A stretch of DNA of 64,000 nucleotides from Candidatus Hadarchaeota archaeon (GTDB lineage: Archaea > Hadarchaeota > Hadarchaeia > Hadarchaeales > Hadarchaeaceae): the NCBI GenBank assembly GCA_964514965.1, contig CAZETV010000001.1, forward strand, positions 889,239 to 953,238. The letters run 5' to 3'. Position numbers and translations under genes: made by a program. Shown piece after piece: positions 30,707-39,850 of this stretch (within the stretch, counting starts at the first letter, position 1; each line of letters opens with the position of its first letter). The notes beneath the pieces are model-generated. The model did no database searches, had not been told where the DNA came from, and saw only the letters and a list, made by a program, of their open reading frames with translations.

Positions 30707-30997
30707 TTATTTTTCGGTTTTTGCACTTTTAGCTATTTTTTTAAGCTCTTTCGCCCTAGAAGGGGTTATAAGTTTTCGTTTTTCTAGATCTTCGATGCAT
30801 TTCAATGCATATCCACACCAGGTGACACATGAAGGCGTTGCCTCTCTATGCAACATTCGCCCACAATTATAACATTTTACTTCGGTCTCGTAGCCCAAGA
30901 ATTCTACTTCTTCACCGCAGGCTGGGCAAGTTCGCACTGTTATTTTTGGCTCCACGAGTTCCTTAGCACCCGGACATCTCTTCAGCATTTTTCCCAC
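30707..30997 (-). CDS. Cys-rich zinc-ribbon-like small protein (96 aa), unknown function
   Basis: Eight Cys in CxxC-type pairs (CPACGEE, KCYNCG, SCVTWCGYALKC) and a basic C-terminal tail; sits 133 bp upstream of cdhA on the same strand. Confidence 0.4.
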   Translation of the reverse strand: MGKMLKRCPGAKELVEPKITVRTCPACGEEVEFLGYETEVKCYNCGRMLHREATPSCVTWCGYALKCIEDLEKRKLITPSRAKELKKIAKSAKTEK

Positions 30998-31117
30998 TTT
31001 TGGATATAATTGTTTAATTAAACGATTTAAGCTTAATTTTTAAAATGAGCGAAAGAAAGTTACTGTTAAAGTCTTAGACGGCGAATAAGTTTTAGGACGG
31101 AAAATAAAGGTGTTCGA

Positions 31118-31897
31118 ATGGAAAAGAAGAGGTTGGTTTTAGCCATCTCAGGAAAGGGCGGGGTGGGCAAAACCACTTTGGCCGCTTTAATGCTGAAAAT
31201 CTTAACCGAAAAAAAACAAAAAAGTATCTTGGTCATCGATGCGAATCCCGACTCAAATCTCTCCAATCTCTTAGGGATTTCTAATGGTAAAAAAACAGTT
31301 GGGAACGTAACGGATGAGCTGAAGAGGTCCCTCTGGAAAGGCGAAATCCCGCCAAATGTGATGAAGAAGGATATTCTCGAATACCACATTTTTGAAATTT
31401 TGGAGGAAACTCCGAATTTTGATCTATTAGTAATGGGGAGGAGTGAGGGTGAAGGATGCTATTGTTTGTTGAACAAGCTCATCGCAGATATCATCGACAC
31501 GCTCTCTAAAAATTACGACTTGACGATAATGGACGAGCATGCGGGGCTAGAGCACCTAAGTCGAAGAACTGATCGGGATGTTGATGTAATGATAATCGTC
31601 ACAGATCCTAGCTCCATGGGATTTCAGACGGCGCGGAGGATAAAGGAGCTAGCTAAAGAGGTCCACATCGAGTTCAAAAAAATCTACCTCGTGGGGAACA
31701 AGTTCACGCCTGAGATGGAGCAGATGCTAGAGGACGAAGCAAATAAAATAGGCGTCGAATATGCTGGTAATATCCCGCACGACGACGATGTTCTCAGATA
31801 TAACCTCACCGGGCGACCGTTGGTTGAACTGCCGTCCATGAGCCCGGCCTTGGTGACGGCGAAAAACATCTTGATACGGATGGGGCTTTTGGGCTAA
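31118..31897 (+). CDS. cooC: CO dehydrogenase nickel-insertion ATPase CooC/AcsF
   Basis: Deviant Walker A (GKGGVGKTT) and MinD/ParA-like fold; divergent from the cdh operon. Confidence 0.8.
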   Translation: MEKKRLVLAISGKGGVGKTTLAALMLKILTEKKQKSILVIDANPDSNLSNLLGISNGKKTVGNVTDELKRSLWKGEIPPNVMKKDILEYHIFEILEETPNFDLLVMGRSEGEGCYCLLNKLIADIIDTLSKNYDLTIMDEHAGLEHLSRRTDRDVDVMIIVTDPSSMGFQTARRIKELAKEVHIEFKKIYLVGNKFTPEMEQMLEDEANKIGVEYAGNIPHDDDVLRYNLTGRPLVELPSMSPALVTAKNILIRMGLLG

Positions 31898-31952
31898 ACA
31901 AGAAGTCAAAAATTTGAACCAAAATTAAAGGATTCGGTTCGCATGAAGGGAT

Positions 31953-32681
31953 TTATTTTCTGAATTTTTGTAGTTTTTTTAGCAGCTCCTTGTCACCTTC
32001 ATAGTCTCCAGCGCAAGTCGCGATTATGCCATCTACAAGACCATCCAATTTCGCTGCGTATTCTTCAACACGATCCATAGTCGTTGTGCTTGGCCACCCG
32101 ATTATCTTTAAAATTTCCTTATTTTTGGGGGTTCCTACAAGGAAGTAAGAGTACAAGGGTTTGTTTAGACGTTTACACTCTTCAGCTATTCGCTCCAGTA
32201 TGGGGAAGGACTTATCTTCAAGTCTCATGAAACATATGAAATCCCATGCACCCCCCACTCGGGCAATACTTTCTTCCGCGGATCGGCGTGCTGTAATCAA
32301 GCAGCCTAACTTTAGATCTTTTATATGCACCGTTGTGCGTAAGAAATTTCGGGCTTCCTCGGAGGATTTTAACATTTTTATGGGCTCTCCGTGCTTGGGG
32401 ATGTCGCCCATAGAGAGCACGATTCCGTCAAGACCTATAGCATCTGCAGCTAGAGCCAGGCCCCCGGCTTCAACCGGGCCCTTATAGTGTAATATGAAGA
32501 TGGGTATCACCATTTTGTCTGGGTATTTAGTTTTGAGGATGCAGCCCACAACCGTCCCGCTGGGTGCCGGCATGCCTGCGGCGCTATCCGTGACGTTCCA
32601 TCCATCAACCAAATCATGAGTTTCTTCGGCAAGTTTCAGAAAATCGCGCGTTGGGACAAACTCGTGTAATATCCTCATCAC
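31953..32681 (-). CDS. MetF-like methylene-tetrahydrofolate/H4MPT reductase family protein (short form)
   Basis: Segments EFVPTRD, VTDSAAG and IVLSMGD align by eye with E. coli MetF segments EFFPPRT, VTYGANS and IVALRGD; only 242 aa, shorter than canonical MetF. Confidence 0.5.
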   Translation of the reverse strand: MMRILHEFVPTRDFLKLAEETHDLVDGWNVTDSAAGMPAPSGTVVGCILKTKYPDKMVIPIFILHYKGPVEAGGLALAADAIGLDGIVLSMGDIPKHGEPIKMLKSSEEARNFLRTTVHIKDLKLGCLITARRSAEESIARVGGAWDFICFMRLEDKSFPILERIAEECKRLNKPLYSYFLVGTPKNKEILKIIGWPSTTTMDRVEEYAAKLDGLVDGIIATCAGDYEGDKELLKKLQKFRK

Positions 32682-32951
32682 AATCCCTAAGAAGGATATT
32701 GGTTGGGATTAAAAAATCTTTTGGGCGCAATCACAATCGTTCTTTATAAACCTTGAGTGGTTCATGGCTTTGCTAATAAACTCCCCGATCACCCCGACTT
32801 TATTAGCAGAATCGACTTTATGAGCAAAGCCGTGGTTCATCCCTCCGAAATACGGGAAGGACCGCAAAGCCTACGATTCGGGAAAGCTGGGGGGGAAAGG
32901 CATAAGTCAACATACTTTACCACGCTCAAGTGAATAGGGTGGGCGTCTGCC

Positions 32952-33722
32952 ATGATGGCTAAAAGAAAAATCCTAAAAATCGACCTCAGAAAACGCAAAA
33001 AATCCGAAGAGGAGGATCTCCTAGCTGTTGACAAGCTTATTAACATCTTCGTTAACGGGGAGTATTTCGTCACCCTCATGGCAAGTCCAAGAAATATTCG
33101 GGAATTGGCGATCGGTCACTTGCTGGGGCAGGGCATCATTAGTACGCTGGAGGATATCGAGCATGTGAGCATAAGGGGAAAAAACGTCAACCTGAGGACA
33201 AAAGCTGAAATTCAACTTGGAGCCACCAAATTCCCGAAGGTAATCCCGACCGCTTGTGGTGCATCGGAGGACATTATTGAACTTCTAGGTAAATCGGGTG
33301 TACTGAAACTCAAGGTGAAATTTAGTGCAGAAAATATTGGGGGTGCGTTTAAATCACTTTACTCTGCGTCTAAGATTTTTAAAAAAAGCGGGGGCACCCA
33401 CGCAGCGGCTTTGTTCGCGTGGAATGGAAAAATGAAATTTTGCATAGAGGATGTCGGGAGGCATAACGCGGTAGACAAGGTCATCGGGAGAGGGCTGATT
33501 GAGGGCGTGAATTTTACAAGGAGCTTTATGATCTCGACGGGTAGGTTATCGGCGGATATGGTGATCAAGTGTGCGAGAGCCGGGATACCGCTCGCTGCAT
33601 CAAAAGCAGCCCCTCTTGAATCAGGCCTCCTAGCGGCTGAGATGAGCGGCTTGACGCTTGTCGGTTTCGTTAGGGGGAGCCGAATGAACGTGTACACGCG
33701 CCCTGAACGGGTGAAATTTTAG
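32952..33722 (+). CDS. fdhD: Formate dehydrogenase accessory sulfurtransferase FdhD
   Basis: 256 aa FdhD-like sequence (TACGASE...GGTHAAALF...GRHNAVDKVIG). Confidence 0.8.
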   Translation: MMAKRKILKIDLRKRKKSEEEDLLAVDKLINIFVNGEYFVTLMASPRNIRELAIGHLLGQGIISTLEDIEHVSIRGKNVNLRTKAEIQLGATKFPKVIPTACGASEDIIELLGKSGVLKLKVKFSAENIGGAFKSLYSASKIFKKSGGTHAAALFAWNGKMKFCIEDVGRHNAVDKVIGRGLIEGVNFTRSFMISTGRLSADMVIKCARAGIPLAASKAAPLESGLLAAEMSGLTLVGFVRGSRMNVYTRPERVKF

Positions 33723-34343
33723 ATGGGAAAGCTCGGCATTTTGGTTTTAGCGGGCGGGGGCAGCAAGAGGTTTGGTAGAGAGAAGCCCTTTTTCGAGATA
33801 AACGGGAAACCCATGATTCAGCACGTAGTAGGAAAGATCTCCAAACTATCCAAAGAATTAGTGATATCGTGTAGGTCTAGCCGAGAGAAACTGGCGAGAA
33901 TGTTTCCTAGCGCAAAAGTCATTGTGGACAAGGATGAGAGGAAAGGAGCATTAACGGGCCTAGTGAGCGTGCTTCCTGAGATCAGATCTGAGTACACGGC
34001 TTTGGTAACGTGCGACTGCCCGAAAATCAGGCTGGAAGTCATTGAGTTGTTATTTGAGAAAGCGAAAAACCATAGCGGTGCAGTCGCCAGATGGCCGAAT
34101 GGTTATGTGGAACCACTTCAAGCCGTTTACGAAACGGAAAAACTGCTAAAGGCCGTGAACGAGGTGTGGAAAAGGGGGGAAATGAGGTTAATGGAGGTCC
34201 TAAATATAGTCCCGGATATCGTTTACGTATCGACGGAGGAACTAAGGGGGATTGATCCAAAATTGGAATCATTCCTGAATGTGAACTCACCTGAGGACAT
34301 CGAGCTTCTGTCGGCGGGAAATCTAAATAGAGGATATAGGTAG
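33723..34343 (+). CDS. mobA: Molybdenum cofactor guanylyltransferase MobA
   Basis: N-terminal LAGGGSKRFG nucleotide-binding motif, 206 aa; start immediately after the fdhD stop. Confidence 0.75.
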   Translation: MGKLGILVLAGGGSKRFGREKPFFEINGKPMIQHVVGKISKLSKELVISCRSSREKLARMFPSAKVIVDKDERKGALTGLVSVLPEIRSEYTALVTCDCPKIRLEVIELLFEKAKNHSGAVARWPNGYVEPLQAVYETEKLLKAVNEVWKRGEMRLMEVLNIVPDIVYVSTEELRGIDPKLESFLNVNSPEDIELLSAGNLNRGYR

Positions 34344-34448
34344 GCGAGTTAACCCTGAAAACCTTCGACCATTCTATAAACAGCATTTACCAAAACCATG
34401 TTAATGGTGGTAATTACGTCAAGGCCCACTTTGCCTATTAATTCAATC

Positions 34449-35612
34449 ATGGTGGTCGGTGTCAACACCAGACCAATCGTCAAATCAGCGAAGGCCCTCG
34501 GCTTGAAAACTATTGCTGTAGATTGTTTTGGCGACATCGATTTGCGTGGATATGCAGATGATGTGTTTTCTGTCAGATCCGCCGAGTTGAAGGTTCAGCC
34601 TAAAAGCTCGAAAAGACCTAGTCTCTTTCATCTCTCGCTCCAAGCTCTTGAAACCCACAACGTCGATGCAATTATTTTAACATCGGGCATGGAGCACTAC
34701 TCAGCGTTTATTGAGGATCTTGGAAAGAGGGCAAAAATAATTGGAAATGACACGACAAGCTTGGAGACGTGCAAAAATAAAGAGAAACTTTTTCGCATAG
34801 CGGATAAACTTGGCATCCCCTACCCGCTCACACGTAGGGTTAGAAAGCTAGATGAAGCGTTAGAGGCCGCACGGGATATCGGGTACCCCGTTGTTTTGAA
34901 GCCGGCTTTTGGAGGCGGCGGCATCGGGATAAGGCTTGCTAGGTCACCGGATGAGTTGGTGCGATTCTTTGGAAGGGTGTTGTCAGCGGGTGATAAAAAG
35001 AATTTGTACGTGCAAAAGTACATTCAAGGCATCGATGCTAGCACATCTATCTTGTCGAACGGTGATGAGGCCAAGTGTCTAACAATTAACGAGCAAATCA
35101 TAGGCGACAAACGGTTGGGCGTGCCCAGGCCATTTGGTTACTGTGGCAACGTGATACCTCTAAACAAAACCGAGTTTGAAAACCAAATCGCCGAGACATC
35201 GAAAGCGATTTGTGAGGAAATCGGATTGGTGGGCTCGAATGGGGTCGATTTCGTCCTTTCTGACAAGCCATACCTGATGGAGATAAATCCCAGATTTCAG
35301 AATACGATTGATTGCGTCGAAGGACTTCTCGGGATAAACCTTGTTTGGGAACATATCCAATCTTGTCTGGGTGAGCTAGGCAGATACAAGCAACCCAGCG
35401 GTTACTCCGCTAAGCTAATCCTGTATGCTAAGAGAGATTCTAGAATTCCGGACCTCAGAGGAACACCAAGTATTGTTGATGTGCCCGCACCCAAAACAAC
35501 GGTTAGAAAAGGAAAACCAATTTGCTGCGTCTTAAAGTTTGGTGGAGACAGACGCAGGCTAATCGTCGATGCGTATAGAGCGGCGGGTAAGCTCTACGAG
35601 AAAATATATTAA
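34449..35612 (+). CDS. ATP-grasp family ligase, unassigned (adjacent to methanofuran biosynthesis genes)
   Basis: ATP-grasp fold features (VVLKPAFGGGGIGIRLA, nucleotide-binding and Mg-binding regions EINPRFQ); start chosen at ATG 34449 (MVVGVNTRP). Confidence 0.6.
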   Translation: MVVGVNTRPIVKSAKALGLKTIAVDCFGDIDLRGYADDVFSVRSAELKVQPKSSKRPSLFHLSLQALETHNVDAIILTSGMEHYSAFIEDLGKRAKIIGNDTTSLETCKNKEKLFRIADKLGIPYPLTRRVRKLDEALEAARDIGYPVVLKPAFGGGGIGIRLARSPDELVRFFGRVLSAGDKKNLYVQKYIQGIDASTSILSNGDEAKCLTINEQIIGDKRLGVPRPFGYCGNVIPLNKTEFENQIAETSKAICEEIGLVGSNGVDFVLSDKPYLMEINPRFQNTIDCVEGLLGINLVWEHIQSCLGELGRYKQPSGYSAKLILYAKRDSRIPDLRGTPSIVDVPAPKTTVRKGKPICCVLKFGGDRRRLIVDAYRAAGKLYEKIY

Positions 35613-36334
35613 CACAGCTTCAACCGATTAATGTCTTCTCTTGTAATCACTCCTTTGTGAAGTGATGTTGCAACAAGGACGCCTGCTGCGCCATGGTCAC
35701 GCAACAAGCGAATATCTTCGATGCTTATCACCCCGCCCCCCACAAGCACTGGCATATTTGTGCATTGCAAAGCTAAGTTCAACGATTCAAAATCCGGCCC
35801 CCCTTGGGTGCCTACCCTATCTAAGGACAGAAGAATTATCTCAGAAGCCCCCTCACCCTCAAATTTTCGAATGAGTTCTTCTAGTCGTAGCCGCATCAAG
35901 TCCGACCTAGCAACCACATGTCCAAATTTAACATCGATACTGGCCGCCACGGGCATTTTATGAGCGTTTATTAATTTGGGAATTTCCTCGAAGGATTCAA
36001 GCGTCTCCGTAGCGAGCACAATTTTTTCCACACCTTTTTCCACGTATTTATCAACTTCATCAGCTCGTCTGAAGCCCGCATCCACCATGATTTTCATCCC
36101 GGTTTCGGCCACGATTTGGCCTATCACACGGTGATTGTGGCCGATTCGACGAATGGCATCCAGATCTGCGATGTAGAGTTCTTCTAGGCCGAGCTTTTGG
36201 AACGCCCTTGCCACTGATAGGGGATCAGAATTCCCCACGAGGACACTTCGAACCGCTTTGTATCTCTCTCGTTCACCTGCAATCGCATGGACGACTTTGC
36301 TGTGCATGATGTCAATGACTGGAATAACCCTCAT
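35609..36334 (-). CDS. HisA/HisF-family TIM-barrel protein, unassigned
   Basis: 241 aa with (beta/alpha)8 HisA/HisF-like phosphate-binding segments (VIPVIDI...YIADLD...VLVGGGVISIEDI); translationally coupled to mfnE. Confidence 0.6.
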   Translation of the reverse strand: MRVIPVIDIMHSKVVHAIAGERERYKAVRSVLVGNSDPLSVARAFQKLGLEELYIADLDAIRRIGHNHRVIGQIVAETGMKIMVDAGFRRADEVDKYVEKGVEKIVLATETLESFEEIPKLINAHKMPVAASIDVKFGHVVARSDLMRLRLEELIRKFEGEGASEIILLSLDRVGTQGGPDFESLNLALQCTNMPVLVGGGVISIEDIRLLRDHGAAGVLVATSLHKGVITREDINRLKLC

Positions 36335-36972
36335 AGCGAGACCTCCGGTAATATCGTTGTGCAGGTAGTTTCCTTTCCACTTAGTATTTTTTTGATTCGA
36401 TCAGGATGCCTTCCGTTCACCACCCAGCAGGTTATACCCGTGTGCTCTAAAGTCTGCGACAGTTTTGGATCCACACAGGATTGGTCAATTTTCCTAAGCT
36501 TCTGGATGGAGATAGATTTCTGAAGTCGCCCCTGTTCGAGAATTCCGTCAATCATTTTAACCAAAAGGAGTTTTTTACAACCAATCTTTTCGGTGACCCA
36601 TGCTGCAATTGAATCTGAGGTTACCTTCCATGTGGGTTCAAGTTCCGGAGAGCAACCCAAAGTTCTATACGGAAGAAATATCGAACACCCCCGCGCTTCC
36701 CTTTTAGGGATATCCGTTAAGGTCGAGCCATCGATTAGATCGTGGAACATCAACCCATAGAGATTCATGCTAAGAATCGCCATTTGGTGGGCAACTTGAT
36801 CGGAGAACTCGTGCTTCATCTGCAGCTTACGCACGAGATTCGCAAAATCACCACCGCCTGGGATAATGAGTAAGCCGTGGCGATTGGATATCTCCTTTAA
36901 AGTTCTGCATAAGTTCCTCAGGGCAGGGGGGTCAGCTTGTAAGCCTCCACCCACCTTAATCACGACATCCAT
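36331..36972 (-). CDS. mfnE: Amino-acid-kinase-family kinase, probable MfnE (methanofuran biosynthesis)
   Basis: 213 aa with kinase N-terminus VVIKVGGGL and IIPGGGDFAN; position inside the mfn cluster. Assignment by family and context. Confidence 0.5.
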   Translation of the reverse strand: MDVVIKVGGGLQADPPALRNLCRTLKEISNRHGLLIIPGGGDFANLVRKLQMKHEFSDQVAHQMAILSMNLYGLMFHDLIDGSTLTDIPKREARGCSIFLPYRTLGCSPELEPTWKVTSDSIAAWVTEKIGCKKLLLVKMIDGILEQGRLQKSISIQKLRKIDQSCVDPKLSQTLEHTGITCWVVNGRHPDRIKKILSGKETTCTTILPEVSL

Positions 36973-38002
36973 GCTTGAGCGCCTCCGCAGCCAGTAGACT
37001 GGCGCCGAATGCGGGCGCCATCAACGCCGCCTCCTCACCATACAGAGTTGCGAAATCGATGACTTCATTGAATCCCAAGGCCCGAACAGCTTTTTCAGCG
37101 AGAATCCTCCTACCGAGGCCTGCCACTACAATCTTCGAACTCTTTGGAAGCTTATGTAATCTAATGACTTTTTCAAGTACTTTGGCCACGAGGTCTATTT
37201 GTTTCTCATGGAAGGCTTTCGCAGCCATGATGATTTGCCTTTTCCCGATCTCATCCACATCACTGCAGAAAACCCTTGCGATACGTTGCATACAGCTCGC
37301 TCTATCCTTTTTCCTGCCGTCGGGAGTTTCGCACATATAATCCTCCTCTTCAATCATCCCAAGCACTCTATAGACATCGGCTGTGATGGCAAAGTTTTCG
37401 GCGGCAATCCTCGTTTTTTTGCCGCTGAGCGACACTTCTGAGCAAATAAATGGCAGCGGGGTGCGGAGAACCCCCATATAAAGAAGTTCGCCAGTCCTCA
37501 ATCTCTGAAGGTCGGTCTGTCCCAGAGGGGAGGGCCTGACTTTCTTTAAGGGAATTATGTCTGTGGTAGTGCTTCCGACGTCCATGAAAATGCAATTAGG
37601 ATATTTCCTTCCCACGATCGAGGTGCTGGCAATCCAATTGGCTGCTGCGAGCTTTCCCGGGAAAGCAAGCGATTGTTCGCGCGTAAACAAGGCACCATCT
37701 AACGACACAAACAAACAGACCTTTTTCCCAAATGCACCACATGTGACTTCAACTATCTCAGCTACTCCTTCATGTTTGGTCCGAAAGATATCGCAGAGTT
37801 CCCCAGTTAAGGTAACTCCAACGACTTGTGGGCGGGTGAATTCGGCGAGATTTCTAAGGAATCGGTCGAGCGCTTCCTTGTTCTTCCATAGCGGAATGTA
37901 CTTGAGCCAGCATCTTTGTACTTTCTCGTCCTCAAGCAGAACGGCTTTTGTGTTTGCCCCGCCTATGTCAAGACCAAGCGATCGCATCCCCACCGACCCC
38001 AA
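36956..38002 (-). CDS. mfnF: Hydantoinase-A-like ASKHA protein, probable MfnF (methanofuran biosynthesis)
   Basis: 348 aa ASKHA-like protein with LGLDIGGANTK and FMDVGSTTTDIIP motifs, matching the H4MPT-linked C1 pathway family to which MfnF belongs. Confidence 0.5.
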   Translation of the reverse strand: MGSVGMRSLGLDIGGANTKAVLLEDEKVQRCWLKYIPLWKNKEALDRFLRNLAEFTRPQVVGVTLTGELCDIFRTKHEGVAEIVEVTCGAFGKKVCLFVSLDGALFTREQSLAFPGKLAAANWIASTSIVGRKYPNCIFMDVGSTTTDIIPLKKVRPSPLGQTDLQRLRTGELLYMGVLRTPLPFICSEVSLSGKKTRIAAENFAITADVYRVLGMIEEEDYMCETPDGRKKDRASCMQRIARVFCSDVDEIGKRQIIMAAKAFHEKQIDLVAKVLEKVIRLHKLPKSSKIVVAGLGRRILAEKAVRALGFNEVIDFATLYGEEAALMAPAFGASLLAAEALKHGCRD

Positions 38003-39116
38003 TCAAAGTAGCAACCTCGTTTAACGTGCTTTCGAGCCTGTGTTCAGCGCTTCTGGCGGTGATTCCAGATTCCACGATGATTGAAAGCGGGCGCCCTTTC
38101 TGGATACTCCCATTGGACGGGATGGGTGGAGAGATAACTCCTGGGATTTCCCGGAGTTTGCCCAGCTTTTTGACATTCATTCTGATGTTCTTTCCAGCTT
38201 TGGGGATTTTCATCAAAGAATATCCCTCAAGCTTTGGGTTGGGCATGGTTGCTCCGTCGATGAGCACCCTCACCAAGATTTCTCCTAGATTTGCTTGGAG
38301 TACTCGAGCTAATGCGACGAAGGATGTAGTTATCCGAGGGTTTAACTCTATGAAAAAAGGCGAAGTTCCGACAACTAGGTCGACCCCACAATAACCGCGC
38401 AAACCTAGACTTTCGGCAGCTTTGAGAGCGATCTCGGCGCATTTTTCTTTTAGCGGATGATCAAGCGGGACTGCTCCGCCAACATACATGAATCGGCCTT
38501 TTTGAATTGCTATCTCCTGTCGGTTTACAGATAGTACAGTTCCTCCCTCTTCCCCCATCATCAAACAACAACTTGCATGTTCACCCTCAAGGAATTCCTG
38601 AAAAATCACACCCGCGGCGCCACGTGATGACGTAGCAAATTTGATTCCTTCGCAGCCAATCCCATCCACAGGTTTGATAAGGACTCTTCCGGTGCCGCGC
38701 GGTTTTTTCCATGTCTTCGGCTGTGGAACAATCCCTTGGAGCATGCGATGCGTGAGCCATTTGTTTGCGCAAATCCGAATGATTTCTGCTTGGGACCCGA
38801 GCACCTTTATACTCCTTTTTCTTAGTTTCGTGCTTATCTCCTCAAGCTCGCGTCCTTTCTCAGGTGCTATAACCAATGCTGCATCGGGCCTGCATTTCAA
38901 AGCTGCATTTAATCCATTTCGATTTGGGAACACATCTGCATCTAACCAATCAGCTAGCCCCCTAAGCCTTTTGTCGAGAACCGTGATGATGTCGAAGCCG
39001 CTACCGCTGAACTCGCTCACCATGGTTCTCAACATGGCGAAGCCTTCGGAGAGAAGTTGAGCGTTAGTCTCTGGATGAAGGCCCCCAGCCACACTTTCAA
39101 GTATTAAGACGCGCAT
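37968..39116 (-). CDS. mfnD: ATP-grasp ligase, probable tyramine--L-glutamate ligase MfnD
   Basis: 382 aa ATP-grasp protein (KPVDGIGCEGI, ELNPRITTSF) between mfnB and mfnF. Confidence 0.5.
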   Translation of the reverse strand: MRVLILESVAGGLHPETNAQLLSEGFAMLRTMVSEFSGSGFDIITVLDKRLRGLADWLDADVFPNRNGLNAALKCRPDAALVIAPEKGRELEEISTKLRKRSIKVLGSQAEIIRICANKWLTHRMLQGIVPQPKTWKKPRGTGRVLIKPVDGIGCEGIKFATSSRGAAGVIFQEFLEGEHASCCLMMGEEGGTVLSVNRQEIAIQKGRFMYVGGAVPLDHPLKEKCAEIALKAAESLGLRGYCGVDLVVGTSPFFIELNPRITTSFVALARVLQANLGEILVRVLIDGATMPNPKLEGYSLMKIPKAGKNIRMNVKKLGKLREIPGVISPPIPSNGSIQKGRPLSIIVESGITARSAEHRLESTLNEVATLIGVGGDAIAWS

Positions 39117-39118
39117 AA

Positions 39119-39850
39119 CTAAGCCCTCAGAATTTTTTTCAGCCGCCGAACGAGTCTCTCGGATACTCTGCCATTTTTTCTGTCCCCACCCTCACAGACC
39201 ACTCCCCTAACCCCGATTACGTCTGGATTCAGCGACTTCAGCGTCTGTACTTCTTTAAGCCCTAACGAACCGGCGAGAGAAGCCCATAGACCGTATGAAT
39301 GTGAATTGTTAACGAAATTCTCCAAATCTTCTCTCCGAAGGAAATCTGTGAGGGGCCGGCCGTCCTTGATTGCCGTATCTATCATTGCAATGTCAGCTTC
39401 ACATTCGCCCGCTATTTCAGGTATGAGCAGGGGATTTATTGTTCCAGACCTCTCAAAGTCCCCATAAGTACATACAGCAACCTTTGCCGATCCATAAGTG
39501 CCTTTAACCGCCCTTACCACCTGCTTTACAAAGTATATGGCACTTTTCACATCTTTTGGACCTTTCAGTCCGACTTTTATTATATTAGCCCCCGCTTTAA
39601 GGGCACCAAACGCCGCTAGGGCAGCACTTCCCGGAAGGTCAGGGAAATCGCCAATGGCCGCGCTGAGAGGTATGTTCGCGGGTACGGATTGCCTCACGTT
39701 AGCTATGACCCATGGGAAGTTTGCACCGAGCGATCCCTCTTCAGGGTTCTTAATGTCGAGAATATCGGCTCCCCCTCTGATAGCGGCCAATGCCTCCTCG
39801 ATGTCTCTAGGGCTGACAAGAAGTAGGGTCAAGTTAGGTCCTCCAGGCAT
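39119..39850 (-). CDS. mfnB: DUF556/MfnB-type (5-formylfuran-3-yl)methyl phosphate synthase
   Basis: 243 aa class I aldolase-like TIM barrel with LLLVSPRDIEEALAAIRGGADILDIKNP N-terminus and catalytic Lys context (IIKVGLKG). Confidence 0.65.
   Translation of the reverse strand: MPGGPNLTLLLVSPRDIEEALAAIRGGADILDIKNPEEGSLGANFPWVIANVRQSVPANIPLSAAIGDFPDLPGSAALAAFGALKAGANIIKVGLKGPKDVKSAIYFVKQVVRAVKGTYGSAKVAVCTYGDFERSGTINPLLIPEIAGECEADIAMIDTAIKDGRPLTDFLRREDLENFVNNSHSYGLWASLAGSLGLKEVQTLKSLNPDVIGVRGVVCEGGDRKNGRVSERLVRRLKKILRA

Noticed and set aside
36331-36972. Isopentenyl phosphate kinase (mevalonate pathway)
   Set aside because: Same amino-acid-kinase fold, but the gene is embedded in the mfn cluster, far from the HMG-CoA synthase operon, and is shorter than typical IPK; MfnE-like is preferred, though sequence alone cannot exclude IPK.
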